In this document: one piece after another, positions 8,498 to 17,828 of the stretch | Layout of the letters: each line of letters starts with the position of its first letter | Position numbering within the stretch: position 1 is the first letter of the stretch | IMG/VR virus record: IMGVR_UViG_3300025270_000050 | Span: 1 to 30,934 of that record | Length of the DNA: 30,934 bases | Origin: a virus | Lineage: Duplodnaviria > Caudoviricetes | Reading direction: 5' to 3' (one strand) | Position numbers and translations under genes: made by a program | The notes under the pieces: generated by a model | What the model was told of the DNA's origin: nothing | Seen by the model: the letters and a program-made list of their open reading frames with translations, nothing else | The model's database searches: none

Positions 8498-9750
8498 GTC
8501 ACACTCTCACAATGCCGACCGGCGGAATCCGTGAGATCCTGTGGATACCGCAGACCGCGGTCGCGATAACAGAGAGCCCGTTCTCGTTTGCTCAACAAGT
8601 TCAAAAGCACCCGGGGCAACGGCGACAGGTGAAAGTGAAACTCGCCGCGATGGACGCCACCACCGCTCGGGATTGGATTGGCTTCTTCCTCAATCTCAAC
8701 GGCCCGGAGGGAACCTTCTTCCTGAGTGATACCGTCGGACAGAATCCCACTCTGTGGCGCGGGACGCCGCAGGTCGATGGCGCTGGCCAAACTGGGAAGA
8801 GCCTCAACTATTCTGACGGAGCGACTTCGTCGCTGATGATCTCGGCGGGTGAGTGGGTATCGATAGGTAACCGCCTCCACCAAGCGACCGAGGACGCAAC
8901 CTCGGACGGGAGCGGCGACGGGACCCTCAAGCTCTGGCCCGAGTTGGCCAGCGCTCCGAACGATGACTCTCCGATTGAGGTCACTGAGCCGAAGGGAACT
9001 TTCCGCCTCACCGAGATCCCGTCCTATTCGTGGTCGGTCAACCGATTGATGCAGGGAGTGAGCTTCACCGCGATCGAGGTTGTCAGCCAGGAGGTCCTCG
9101 ACTATCTCGCGATCGAAGCGGTCATGGCGCACTCGACAACGCGCAACCTCTACGGAGTGTTCTCGGGTCCCCGCTACGACGGGACCTCGAAGATCTACGA
9201 CCAGAGCGGGAACGATCTTTACGCTTTCCCGAACGCGGCGGGCTCCGCGGTCACCCTCGAAGCGGATCTCTCATGGAGCTTCCCGACGACAGGCACGAAG
9301 GCGATGCTGAACTTCGGCAGCCCGGCCAAGCTCGCACAAGACATTCCCGACGATCACTCTGTCTTCTGCGTCATCGACACCTCGCTCACCAGTCAAACCA
9401 TCTTCAGCCGGGGAAGCACCGGGAATGACTGGTTCGCATCGATGGTGAGCGGGAGCGGGAGCGATCCACAATCAGGGGTGACCGTCGGGGACTATCGGGT
9501 CGACGGGACGGTGGTCAGTCCGAAGACGAAGGACGGAATCTATGACGCGGTCAATCCGGCTGGGAAGTGCGTCCTGAGTTGCGAGAGCGTCGCCTTCACC
9601 GAGATGGCCGGGACCTTCGCCTTCGGGGTGCAGGACGGGACTTTCGGATTTAAGGGAAAACTTTATGAGCTCATCATCTGTCCGGACCTCAGCGCCGACC
9701 TCCGCGACTCTCTCATCGCCGACATGATCGCGGCTCACTCCATCACCTGA
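8494..9750 (+). CDS. Distal-tail (Dit)-like protein with C-terminal ConA/LamG-like domain
   Basis: N-terminal ~195 aa (ESPFSFAQQVQKHPGQR, FFLNLNGPEGTF, PKGTFRL) resembles the gene normally following tape measure; C-terminal DQSGND...FKGKLYELII lectin-like pattern. Confidence 0.65.
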   Translation: MSHTLTMPTGGIREILWIPQTAVAITESPFSFAQQVQKHPGQRRQVKVKLAAMDATTARDWIGFFLNLNGPEGTFFLSDTVGQNPTLWRGTPQVDGAGQTGKSLNYSDGATSSLMISAGEWVSIGNRLHQATEDATSDGSGDGTLKLWPELASAPNDDSPIEVTEPKGTFRLTEIPSYSWSVNRLMQGVSFTAIEVVSQEVLDYLAIEAVMAHSTTRNLYGVFSGPRYDGTSKIYDQSGNDLYAFPNAAGSAVTLEADLSWSFPTTGTKAMLNFGSPAKLAQDIPDDHSVFCVIDTSLTSQTIFSRGSTGNDWFASMVSGSGSDPQSGVTVGDYRVDGTVVSPKTKDGIYDAVNPAGKCVLSCESVAFTEMAGTFAFGVQDGTFGFKGKLYELIICPDLSADLRDSLIADMIAAHSIT

Positions 9751-10211
9751 TGATTAAAGCGAAGTTAGATCTGAAGAGTTTCAAGGCCGTCGAAAAGAGC
9801 ACCGAGCTCATGCTCGACCAGATCGAGCGCCGGGGGATGAAAGACGCTCTCTTGAAAGCGGCGACTCCGATGGTGAAAAAAACAAAGCAACTTGCGCCGA
9901 CCAGAACGGGAGCGCTCAAGAAATCGATCGGGAAGAAGGGATCGACCAACCGGGCGAAGCAGAGCGCCGAAGTTAAGATCGGCCCGAGGAAGGGGTTCAA
10001 GTTCAAGAACCAAGTCCCGAGTTGGTATGCCCACCTTGTCGAGTTCGGTCACATCGCCACCACGCCCGGCGGCAAGCCCGCGGGATTTGTCTCGGCCAAG
10101 CCTTTCATGCGTCCAGCCTTCGAGGCGGAGAAGGTCGCGTCACAAAAGAAATACGCCGAGGAAGTCTCGGCTGCAATCCATCGCCACTTCCGCAGGAGGT
10201 TCAAGAAATAG
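9750..10211 (+). CDS. HK97 gp10-like neck/tail component
   Basis: APTRTGALKKSI, YAHLVEFG, AKPFMRPAFE. Confidence 0.92.
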   Translation: MIKAKLDLKSFKAVEKSTELMLDQIERRGMKDALLKAATPMVKKTKQLAPTRTGALKKSIGKKGSTNRAKQSAEVKIGPRKGFKFKNQVPSWYAHLVEFGHIATTPGGKPAGFVSAKPFMRPAFEAEKVASQKKYAEEVSAAIHRHFRRRFKK

Positions 10212-10213
10212 TC

Positions 10214-10639
10214 ATGGCCAGCGCAGTCAAAGAAGATTTCCGTAACTACATCCTGGCCGACTCGGCGGTCTCGACGAAGCTCGGGACCCGGCTCTTCCCG
10301 GCGATGGCGCGGAAGTCCTACGGGACGGTCGACCCGTACGGGGTCTACACGATGGTCTCGAATGACGCAAGCTACACCCAGGACGGGACGAGCTCGACCG
10401 TCTGGCGGGTCATCGTCTTCCAGTTCGACATCTTTTCCAAAAGCGCTGTTACCGCCGAAGCCACCGGGGATGCGATCCTCGCCCGAGTCGAGGGCACAAA
10501 GTTCTCTCAGGGGACTACTGAATTTGGAGCAGTTTTCTTGGATACTGAATTCGACAACTTCGAGGACGCAACGCGGGCGGATGGCTCAAGCGGGCTGTTC
10601 CGCAAGACGATCCAACTCAGAACCTTGATCAACTCATGA
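10214..10639 (+). CDS. Tail completion/terminator protein (DUF3168-like)
   Basis: ATG 10214; ILADSAVSTKLGTRLFP...PYGVY...FQFDIF; sits before the tail tube gene. Confidence 0.8.
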   Translation: MASAVKEDFRNYILADSAVSTKLGTRLFPAMARKSYGTVDPYGVYTMVSNDASYTQDGTSSTVWRVIVFQFDIFSKSAVTAEATGDAILARVEGTKFSQGTTEFGAVFLDTEFDNFEDATRADGSSGLFRKTIQLRTLINS

Positions 10640-11073
10640 GCACCTATGCAGCCTTCGGCGCAACTCTAGTTTACGACCCGGCGTCCACCGACCTCACGGT
10701 CGCACAAATCACGAACATCTCCGGCCCCGGTATCTCAACCGACGCCATCGATGTCACCACGCACGCATCCGCAAGCGCTACCCGGGAATTTCTCGGCGGT
10801 CTAGTTGATGGCGGAGAAGTCACTTTTGAGATGATATTCGATGCCGAGGCGAGTGCTTCGGGGGGAGCCGCCTCCGGACTGAACATCGTGGAATCGAAAG
10901 CGCAGGACCGCAGCCTCAACACTTGGGAGGTCGTCGCCAATACCGCAACCGATTATTACAGGAGGTTCTCCGCGATCGTGACCGCCTTCTCGATGGACAA
11001 CCCAGTCGACGGCGCGATCACGGCGAGCGCGACTCTGAAGGTCAGCGGAGTTATCACGACCGGCACCGCGTAA
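10636..11073 (+). CDS. Major tail tube protein
   Basis: ITNISGPGISTDAIDVT, REFLGGLVDGGEVTF, ATLKVSG. Confidence 0.9.
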   Translation: MSTYAAFGATLVYDPASTDLTVAQITNISGPGISTDAIDVTTHASASATREFLGGLVDGGEVTFEMIFDAEASASGGAASGLNIVESKAQDRSLNTWEVVANTATDYYRRFSAIVTAFSMDNPVDGAITASATLKVSGVITTGTA

Positions 11074-11089
11074 TCAACGGGAGGCTCGC

Positions 11090-11419
11090 ATGGCGAAACT
11101 CTCAGGCTACACGGGCTCAACCTTTGCGGTCAGCTTCACCTGCCAGGACGCTGACGGCGACCCGGTTGATCTCACCGGCTATAGTGCCAGGAGCGAGCTC
11201 CGGCCGAGCGTGAACAGCGCAACGCTGACGCGGGACATGGCCCCGACGATTGACAACCCGACCGACGGGGTGATCGACATAACTGTCACCGATGAGGTGA
11301 CCGCCACCTTCGCGGCGGGGACCTACTACTTCGACGTCATGCTGGATCTCCCCAGTGGCGCGGCGATCAATTTGTGCAGCGGCACAATAGTATTTCGGCA
11401 ACAAGTGACCCGAGTCTGA
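11090..11419 (+). CDS. BppU-N-like fibre adaptor / small beta-sandwich virion protein
   Basis: GSTF...DGDPVDLTGYSAR...GVIDI...GTYYFDV pattern; GGAGG RBS; directly upstream of the fibre gene. Confidence 0.65.
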   Translation: MAKLSGYTGSTFAVSFTCQDADGDPVDLTGYSARSELRPSVNSATLTRDMAPTIDNPTDGVIDITVTDEVTATFAAGTYYFDVMLDLPSGAAINLCSGTIVFRQQVTRV

Positions 11420-13701
11420 TGAGTATTAAAGAAGTTGTGATCGACGCAGGCGGGGAGACTTCGTCGGTCGTGATCAATGCCGGAGCGGGGCCGGAGATCG
11501 TGGAGATCAATCAGGGGCCGGTAGGGCCGCAGGGACCGCCCGGGATCGACGAGTGGGGGGAGATCGACGGAACCCTTGCCGACCAAACCGACCTCCAAGC
11601 TGCGCTCGACGCGAAGCTCAATCTCTCCGGTGGAGTCATGACCGGGGTGCTGACCGTCGGCTCAAACACCTACGGAAACGATGTCCAATTCTGGGGTGCG
11701 ACTGCCAGCAAGTACACGCTCTGGGACGCCAGCCAGGACAAGCTGATCATAACAGGAGACCTCCAGGTCGACGGGACAACGACGACGATCAAGTCGACGG
11801 TCGTCACGATTGAAGATCCCGTCTTTACCCTGGGCGGCGCAACCGCTCCGACGACGAGTGACAGCAAGGATCGCGGGATTGAGTTTCATTACTATGACAC
11901 CGACGCCAGTGCCGGAAAGAAAGGCTTTTTCGGATGGGGCAACTCGGATAATGCGATCAAGTTTCTCCTGAACTGCGCCGACCCAAGTGGGAGCGAGATC
12001 TTCACGGGTGATCCGGCTGACATTCACGTCGGGAACATCGTCCTGCCAGATGACGGCATAATAAGGAATTCGCACACAGACCGCGCCTTTATCAAGATGA
12101 AGACGTGGAGCTTGGACTTCTTTTATGATGCGAAGTCGATGTTGCATTTGCAGTATGCGAACGCCATCTTCAACAGTCATAGTGCCGATCGGGATTTCAT
12201 CGTTCATACAACGTCAGCCAATAGCCTTTTCGTAGAGGGCTCATCCGGCAACGTCGGCATCGGAACGGCGACTCCTGCATACACTCTGCATTTAAACGAT
12301 GCCGATAGTCCTACTCTGGCTCTCCAGTGCGGGGGTGTAGGCACTCGCTCTTCAACCATTAGATTGATCGAGGGGAGCGCCAATTTCCAAGGCGCTTACA
12401 TGAACTATGATGGCATCACGAACCATCTCCACCTCGGCGTCCATGACAACAACAACACTACCCTAGGGGATGACTTTGACGCAATCACCATTGATCGGGC
12501 TACGGGTTACGTAGGGATAAATGACACGACCCCCACTCAGCGGCTTGAGGTGAATGGGCAGATTCAGGTGCAGGGTGGCGGCGCGGTCTACTTCCGCAAT
12601 TCAGGATCGCAGATCTATTCGGCAGACACCAATCAGCTCGCATTCGCAACTGGCGGTTCGGAGTCCATGCGGATCAACTCCTACGGTCAGGTAGGCATCG
12701 GAACGGCGAGTCCTGAGGCAAAATTAGAGATTCAAGCCACAAGTGGGGCAAGTATATTTCTACGTTCTTCAGCCACAAATGAATCCGAATCTAGTAGAAT
12801 AAGGTTCGCGGAAACGACTACTACATTTCAAGGGGGCTTTATCCATTACGACGGAAGCTCTAACCTCTTAAACATAGGAGTCCACCCCACTGGCGACGAG
12901 ACGATTGCTAATGACATCAATGCCATTAGCATTGCGAGGGCAGACGGCAACGTCGGGATCGGCACGGATAGTCCTGACTACTTGTTAGATGTTGAACAAG
13001 ATTCAGAAACGTATGCGGCAAGAATCTTTAATGATGGCAACGATCAGAACAGGGACGTGTTGTTGCTCCAAGGAGGGAGCGATCTCCGATTAGGGAACAC
13101 TAAATTCATCACGTTCGCAGATGGGAACGGCACAGAAACCGCTTGGATTCAAGGCGCAGTCCCTGATGCGAATGGGGGACTGGCGATCAACACAACCGCC
13201 CATGATGGCAACGATTTTGTTGTGGACGAGTCCGGCAACGTCGGGATCGGAACGGAGAGCCCTGTTTCCACTCTGACAATCGATGGTGCGGACGATAAGG
13301 ACACCGGGCCAAATATACTCCTCCAAGGCGATGCGGCAAACCAAGTGGAGTCCGGCCGGGTTCGATTCTGCGAGGCCGCCGCATACGGCTACAGCGGAGG
13401 CTACATCCACTACGACGGTTCTTCCGGGGAAAATAAGCTACACATTGGCGTTCATGAAGCCAGCGACTCGCTGATAAGTAGCGACCGGAACATCCTAACA
13501 ATCGACAGGACCACCGGGACCGTTGAAATGGATCGGGGCACCACTGAGCTTCCGTTTTTCGACTACAAGGCCACCACAGCCGGTGACGCGGACAGCTCAA
13601 TCTCGACCCTCACCACAAGCGGAGCCACGACCCACCATATCCAAGTGGACATCAACGGCACGAAAGCCTGGATAGCAGTTTCCACCAACGACCCATCATG
13701 A
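11419..13701 (+). CDS. Tail fibre / receptor-binding protein with GNVGIGT repeats
   Basis: TGATG overlap start at 11419; short GPVGPQGPPG collagen-like segment, WGEIDGTLADQTDLQAALDAK, five G[NYQ]VGI repeats. Confidence 0.85.
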   Translation: MSIKEVVIDAGGETSSVVINAGAGPEIVEINQGPVGPQGPPGIDEWGEIDGTLADQTDLQAALDAKLNLSGGVMTGVLTVGSNTYGNDVQFWGATASKYTLWDASQDKLIITGDLQVDGTTTTIKSTVVTIEDPVFTLGGATAPTTSDSKDRGIEFHYYDTDASAGKKGFFGWGNSDNAIKFLLNCADPSGSEIFTGDPADIHVGNIVLPDDGIIRNSHTDRAFIKMKTWSLDFFYDAKSMLHLQYANAIFNSHSADRDFIVHTTSANSLFVEGSSGNVGIGTATPAYTLHLNDADSPTLALQCGGVGTRSSTIRLIEGSANFQGAYMNYDGITNHLHLGVHDNNNTTLGDDFDAITIDRATGYVGINDTTPTQRLEVNGQIQVQGGGAVYFRNSGSQIYSADTNQLAFATGGSESMRINSYGQVGIGTASPEAKLEIQATSGASIFLRSSATNESESSRIRFAETTTTFQGGFIHYDGSSNLLNIGVHPTGDETIANDINAISIARADGNVGIGTDSPDYLLDVEQDSETYAARIFNDGNDQNRDVLLLQGGSDLRLGNTKFITFADGNGTETAWIQGAVPDANGGLAINTTAHDGNDFVVDESGNVGIGTESPVSTLTIDGADDKDTGPNILLQGDAANQVESGRVRFCEAAAYGYSGGYIHYDGSSGENKLHIGVHEASDSLISSDRNILTIDRTTGTVEMDRGTTELPFFDYKATTAGDADSSISTLTTSGATTHHIQVDINGTKAWIAVSTNDPS

Positions 13702-13877
13702 ACATCGAGCTAGCAGAAAAAGAAAGAACAGCACTCATTCAATTGATCGACATCGCCGTCAAGGCGGGCGGTTTGAACGTCGCCCAGGCAGGGGCAACAC
13801 TGGCGGCGAAGCTCGCTGAGCACCAGGATCAGGAGATAGAAGCAGAGCCCACAGAGACAACACTCTCTCAGCCATGA
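13698..13877 (+). CDS. Small fibre-associated protein (59 aa; below the ORF-track cutoff)
   Basis: ATGA overlap with the fibre stop; MNIELAEKERTALIQLIDIAVKAGGLNVAQAGATLAAKL... Confidence 0.75.
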   Translation: MNIELAEKERTALIQLIDIAVKAGGLNVAQAGATLAAKLAEHQDQEIEAEPTETTLSQP

Positions 13878-13919
13878 AATACTAGCTCGCCACCCTTTCG
13901 CTGTGAACAGGCAGTGCGT

Positions 13920-13962
13920 CCGCCATCGCTCTGGCTCTCGTTGGGTGCCGGGGCGGTGGCGG
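13920..13962 (+). promoter_or_regulatory. Intergenic RNA hairpin, 16-bp stem with three G-U pairs
   Basis: CCGCCATCGCTCTGGC (13920-13935) pairs with GCCGGGGCGGTGGCGG (13947-13962). Confidence 0.65.
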
Positions 13963-13978
13963 CAAAATACCCAACGAC

Positions 13979-14314
13979 ATGACAAAGACAAACAAACTGA
14001 AGATCGGCGGCGTGGAGCTTCATCTACGCTGGAGCAAACGGGCCGAGTTCCGGCTTTCGGAAGCGGGCTTCCTTGGCGGCTATGACCCGAGGCGAGGAGT
14101 GGCGCAACTTTTTTGCATCCTCGCCTGCTGCAACGAGAACCCGGGCTCGAAGCATATGACCGGGGAGGATCTCTACGAGCTCTCTCCCGAGTTCGAGGAC
14201 GAAGGCGAAGCGGGGGAGTGGTTTGAGAAACTGACCGCAGCGGTGGAGAAGCTCCGAGCCACGCCGGGAAAGCCGAAGCGGACGCGCTCGAGGAGTACGC
14301 GTTCGCCCGGATAG
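13979..14314 (+). CDS. Tail assembly chaperone (gpG-like)
   Basis: Upstream of tape measure; in-frame slippery G GGA AAG at 14266-14272. Confidence 0.85.
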   Translation: MTKTNKLKIGGVELHLRWSKRAEFRLSEAGFLGGYDPRRGVAQLFCILACCNENPGSKHMTGEDLYELSPEFEDEGEAGEWFEKLTAAVEKLRATPGKPKRTRSRSTRSPG

Positions 14315-14646
14315 CACTGAGACTCTCACGCGATGACTACCTCGACTCAACCGATCAGGAGCTCCGCTCAATGGCGGAGGCTTTCGCCCGGATCGAGGAA
14401 AGGACTGACCGCCGCCTTGCGAACTTCATGGCCCTCTTTGCCAATGCTAACTCAGGGAAGGGAAGGAGCTTCAAGGCCGAAGACTTCATGCCAGCCAGGG
14501 CGAGGCCGAAGCAGGTTCTCAACGAGAAGGAGATCTTCGAACGGTTCGACGCAATCTTCGCGAACTCGGAAACAGTAACAGAAGAAAGGAACAAAGATGG
14601 CGGCAACGACAATGGGCAAGTTAGTGATGGTTCTGTCCTCCAATGA
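14266..14646 (+). CDS. gpT-like extension of the chaperone reached by -1 frameshift
   Basis: The -1 frame is open from the slippery site: GKAEADALEEYAFARIALRLSRDDYLDSTDQELRSMAEAF...FKAEDFMP. Confidence 0.85.
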   Translation, partial: GKAEADALEEYAFARIALRLSRDDYLDSTDQELRSMAEAFARIEERTDRRLANFMALFANANSGKGRSFKAEDFMPARARPKQVLNEKEIFERFDAIFANSETVTEERNKDGGNDNGQVSDGSVLQ

Positions 14647-16816
14647 CTCGCAGTTTCGGAAGGGTATGAAGTCGACCCTCGCTCATGCGGAACGGTCGAT
14701 GAAGCGGGCCAGCGCACGCTTCGGACGGATGGGTCGCCAGATGTCGATGTCCCTGACCGCGCCTCTCGTCCTGATGGGAGTGGCTTCGGTGAAGGCGTTC
14801 GCTGTGCAGGAGAAGGCCGAGAAGAAACTCCACGCCGCACTGAAGGCATCCGGCCAGGAAGCCGAAAAGAATCTCGCCCTGTTCAAGAAGCAAGCCTCCG
14901 CGATCCAGAACGTCACGACAGTCGGCGATGAGATGTCACTCTCCCTCGCCGCCACCGCGACCGCGATGGGAATCCAAGCGCACCAACTCGACGCCGTCAT
15001 CAAGGGAGCGATCGGACTGTCGAAGGCATTCGAGATGGATCTTAACACATCGATCAAAGCCGCGGCGGCGTCATTGCAAGGAAAGACCGAACTGCTGACC
15101 CGCTACATTCCGACGCTCTCGCAAGTCGAGGGGGAGGCAAACAAGGTCGCGTTCGTGATGGACAAGATGGCCCAAGGGTTCGCAGTCGCGAAGGCGGAGG
15201 CGAAGACGACCGAAGGCCGATTGATACAGATGAAGAACAGCATGGGAGATCTTATGGAGATGGTCGGCTCGCGACTCGCTCCCGCGATCACCCGGTTCGC
15301 CGAGAAGCTCCAAAGGATTTTTACTGTCCTCAACGCGGTCAATCCGGCGCTGATAGATATGGCCCTTCAGATGGCAATCATCCTCGCGCTTGCCGGTCCT
15401 TTGACCCTCGCGCTCAGTGGAATCTTCAAGGTCCTGTCCATGATTGCGGGAATGAGTTTGGTCAGTCTCGCGACATCAATTGCCGCGATCGCGATCGTTG
15501 TCGGGGGACTCACCGCCGCGTTCAAGGATACGAACTTGGAGATCTCGAAGACCGGGACGGCGGCGTCAAAATCGGCGAGTGTCCTGGGAACCGTCCTCGG
15601 GGTTGTCCTCGACGTTGTCCACGCGGTCCGGATCGGGTTCAACATCATGACCGCCGGAATTCTGGAAGGGATCAAGTTCATCGCGAAGGCGTGGACCGGG
15701 ATGGGCAACGCCATGCGAGATATGTGGTGGCAAGTCACAACGACGATCCGCTTCTTCATGACGAAACTGGTCAACTTTATGCGGACGAAAGTCTTCCCGA
15801 TGATCAACGAGGCGATCAAGCAGGCTTCGAAGATGGCGGCCTTCTTCAATCTATCCTCTCCGGGGGCAGGGTTCGCTCCGCTCCCCACCTCTCCCGTCAA
15901 GTTCGAGGGGACAACCCGACCAGAACCGCGGACCAATAATTTCGCCGAGGGTCTGCAAGCGGAAGCGGATCTTCGAGGAGAGCGCATTGGTGATCTGATG
16001 GCGTCCTGGCCGAGCGAGAAGATCAAGGCGCAACTGGATGAGCTAGGGACGAGCCTCGACGAGAACCTCGACCCCGACAAAGTGCAGCCCGCGGTCGATG
16101 CCGCCGATGGACTTGGCGACGTTCTCGGCGACGTCAAGACAGCCACCGACGCAGTCGGGAAAGCATCGGGGAAGATGGGTGACGACATTGAAGAGAATGC
16201 CGGCCGAGCGGTGAGAGCCTACCAAGGAGTCGCCGCCGCAATGGAGGACATCAAACTAGGCATCGGCGATGCGGCGAAGTCTCAGGAAACTCTTCGCGAG
16301 GCGTCGGAAAAATACGCCAACACCTTCTCCGATCGGATGGCGGATTTCCTGACCGGCGCATCGGATCAATTCAAGAGCTTCGGCGATGTCGCGAAGAGCG
16401 TGCTGCAAGACATCGCGAACGACATGGTGAGATCTGGCATCCGATCCCTGCTCGGCGCTCTGGTCGGCGGGCCGGGCGGAGGCGGTGGGGTTCTCGCTGC
16501 GATTGGCTCGGCGATCTTCGGAGGGGGGAGAGCGACGGGTGGCCGAGTCGCGGGACGGACCGCCTTCATGGTGGGAGAGCGTGGTCCCGAGCTCTTCGTT
16601 CCAGACGCCGCCGGATCGATCGTCCCGAACAGTCGACTCAACGCAACCGGGGAAGGCGGGCAAGCGACCTCGATCACGATCAATCAGAACTTCGAGAGCG
16701 GAATTGATGAGAGCCGGTTGGCGCAGGTCGCCCGCCAGATCAAGGAAGACACGACTGACGGCATCCTGGCCGCGATCCAAAGAGGAGGCGGCTTCCGAGC
16801 CGCAGTCCAAGCATGA
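14597..16816 (+). CDS. Tail tape measure protein
   Basis: 739 aa, Ala-rich helical; SMSLTAPLV, central hydrophobic segment, C-terminal GGRATGGRV...VGERGPELFVP. Confidence 0.95.
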   Translation: MAATTMGKLVMVLSSNDSQFRKGMKSTLAHAERSMKRASARFGRMGRQMSMSLTAPLVLMGVASVKAFAVQEKAEKKLHAALKASGQEAEKNLALFKKQASAIQNVTTVGDEMSLSLAATATAMGIQAHQLDAVIKGAIGLSKAFEMDLNTSIKAAAASLQGKTELLTRYIPTLSQVEGEANKVAFVMDKMAQGFAVAKAEAKTTEGRLIQMKNSMGDLMEMVGSRLAPAITRFAEKLQRIFTVLNAVNPALIDMALQMAIILALAGPLTLALSGIFKVLSMIAGMSLVSLATSIAAIAIVVGGLTAAFKDTNLEISKTGTAASKSASVLGTVLGVVLDVVHAVRIGFNIMTAGILEGIKFIAKAWTGMGNAMRDMWWQVTTTIRFFMTKLVNFMRTKVFPMINEAIKQASKMAAFFNLSSPGAGFAPLPTSPVKFEGTTRPEPRTNNFAEGLQAEADLRGERIGDLMASWPSEKIKAQLDELGTSLDENLDPDKVQPAVDAADGLGDVLGDVKTATDAVGKASGKMGDDIEENAGRAVRAYQGVAAAMEDIKLGIGDAAKSQETLREASEKYANTFSDRMADFLTGASDQFKSFGDVAKSVLQDIANDMVRSGIRSLLGALVGGPGGGGGVLAAIGSAIFGGGRATGGRVAGRTAFMVGERGPELFVPDAAGSIVPNSRLNATGEGGQATSITINQNFESGIDESRLAQVARQIKEDTTDGILAAIQRGGGFRAAVQA

Positions 16817-17382
16817 GCGAACGCAGTCTCACGACCGCGGTCAAGGATGCTGCGTCCTCGCAAGTGGTCGCCCCGTTCTTTGCGGTCAGTGCCGACTTCC
16901 CTTCCGGCATGGTCCGGATCTGGGCAGGAGTGGGAGAGCTAACTTTTGATTCGAATACCTACGAGGGAGTCGGGGAGTTCCTCGGAATCGAAGCAATCAC
17001 CGAGACGGTCGACGGGAGCGCGAATGGACTGGCTCTGAGCCTCTCCGGAATTCCCTCGGACATTCGCAATCCGATCATCGATGACAAGTACTCGGGACGG
17101 GAGGCGGAGGTCTTCATGGGATGCTTCGATCCGAACACGGGCGAGATCCTCGACGACCCGATCACGATCTTCAAGGGACATATGGACACCGACTTCCTGC
17201 GGGAGGACGGGAAGACTTCGACGATCACCCTCCGGGTCGAGAGCCGGATCGTTGACCTCCTGCGATCACGGGAACACCGCTACACCCTCGAAGGCCAGCA
17301 CACCCTCAAGGGAACCACGACCGACGACGGGCTGGAGTTCATGCCGACAATGCAGGAGACGCAGGTCAAGTGGGGACAATGA
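16813..17382 (+). CDS. Baseplate hub / minor tail protein (lambda gpL-like position)
   Basis: VRIWAGVGELTFDSNTYEGVGEFL, LSLSGIP, IFKGHMD, DDGLEF...VKWG. Confidence 0.75.
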   Translation: MSERSLTTAVKDAASSQVVAPFFAVSADFPSGMVRIWAGVGELTFDSNTYEGVGEFLGIEAITETVDGSANGLALSLSGIPSDIRNPIIDDKYSGREAEVFMGCFDPNTGEILDDPITIFKGHMDTDFLREDGKTSTITLRVESRIVDLLRSREHRYTLEGQHTLKGTTTDDGLEFMPTMQETQVKWGQ

Positions 17383-17828
17383 TAGCGCGGACCGACAACT
17401 GGGACAGCGACCTCTCGGCCTTCGTGGCCGAGCGTGCCAGGAGGCCGTTTGAGTGGGGAGTGAATGACTGCCTGACCTTTGCCTTCAAGGCAGTCGAAGC
17501 GATGACCGGGCAGGTGGTCTTGGAGGATCTCTTCAACCCACAATGCCCTGACGCGAAGAGAGCCGAGCGCTTCCTCCGAGCTCAAGGTGGACTCGAATCT
17601 CTCATGGAACGGATCGCAGGGATTGCCGGGTGGCGCGAAGCGGAGAACCCTCAACGCCAATGCAGCCGGGGGGACCTCGCTCTCTTTGACAATGACCGCC
17701 GTCTCTGCGTTGGGGTTGTCGGGATCGGTCGCGTGCTTTGTCCCGGCTCCTCCGGACTTGAGGCGGAGAGAATGGATTCAATCAAACGGGGGTGGCACTT
17801 GCCCTTCAACCGGGAGGAGCAAGCCTGA
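17379..17828 (+). CDS. NlpC/P60-like tail assembly protein (DUF6950-like)
   Basis: RPFEWGVNDC and RGDLAL motifs; lies between hub and tail tip; ATGA overlap. Confidence 0.75.
   Translation: MIARTDNWDSDLSAFVAERARRPFEWGVNDCLTFAFKAVEAMTGQVVLEDLFNPQCPDAKRAERFLRAQGGLESLMERIAGIAGWREAENPQRQCSRGDLALFDNDRRLCVGVVGIGRVLCPGSSGLEAERMDSIKRGWHLPFNREEQA

Noticed and set aside
11419-13701. Diversity-generating retroelement or invertible shufflon acting on the fibre
   Set aside because: No reverse transcriptase or invertase, no TR/VR pair with adenine-specific differences, and the repeats are short and direct
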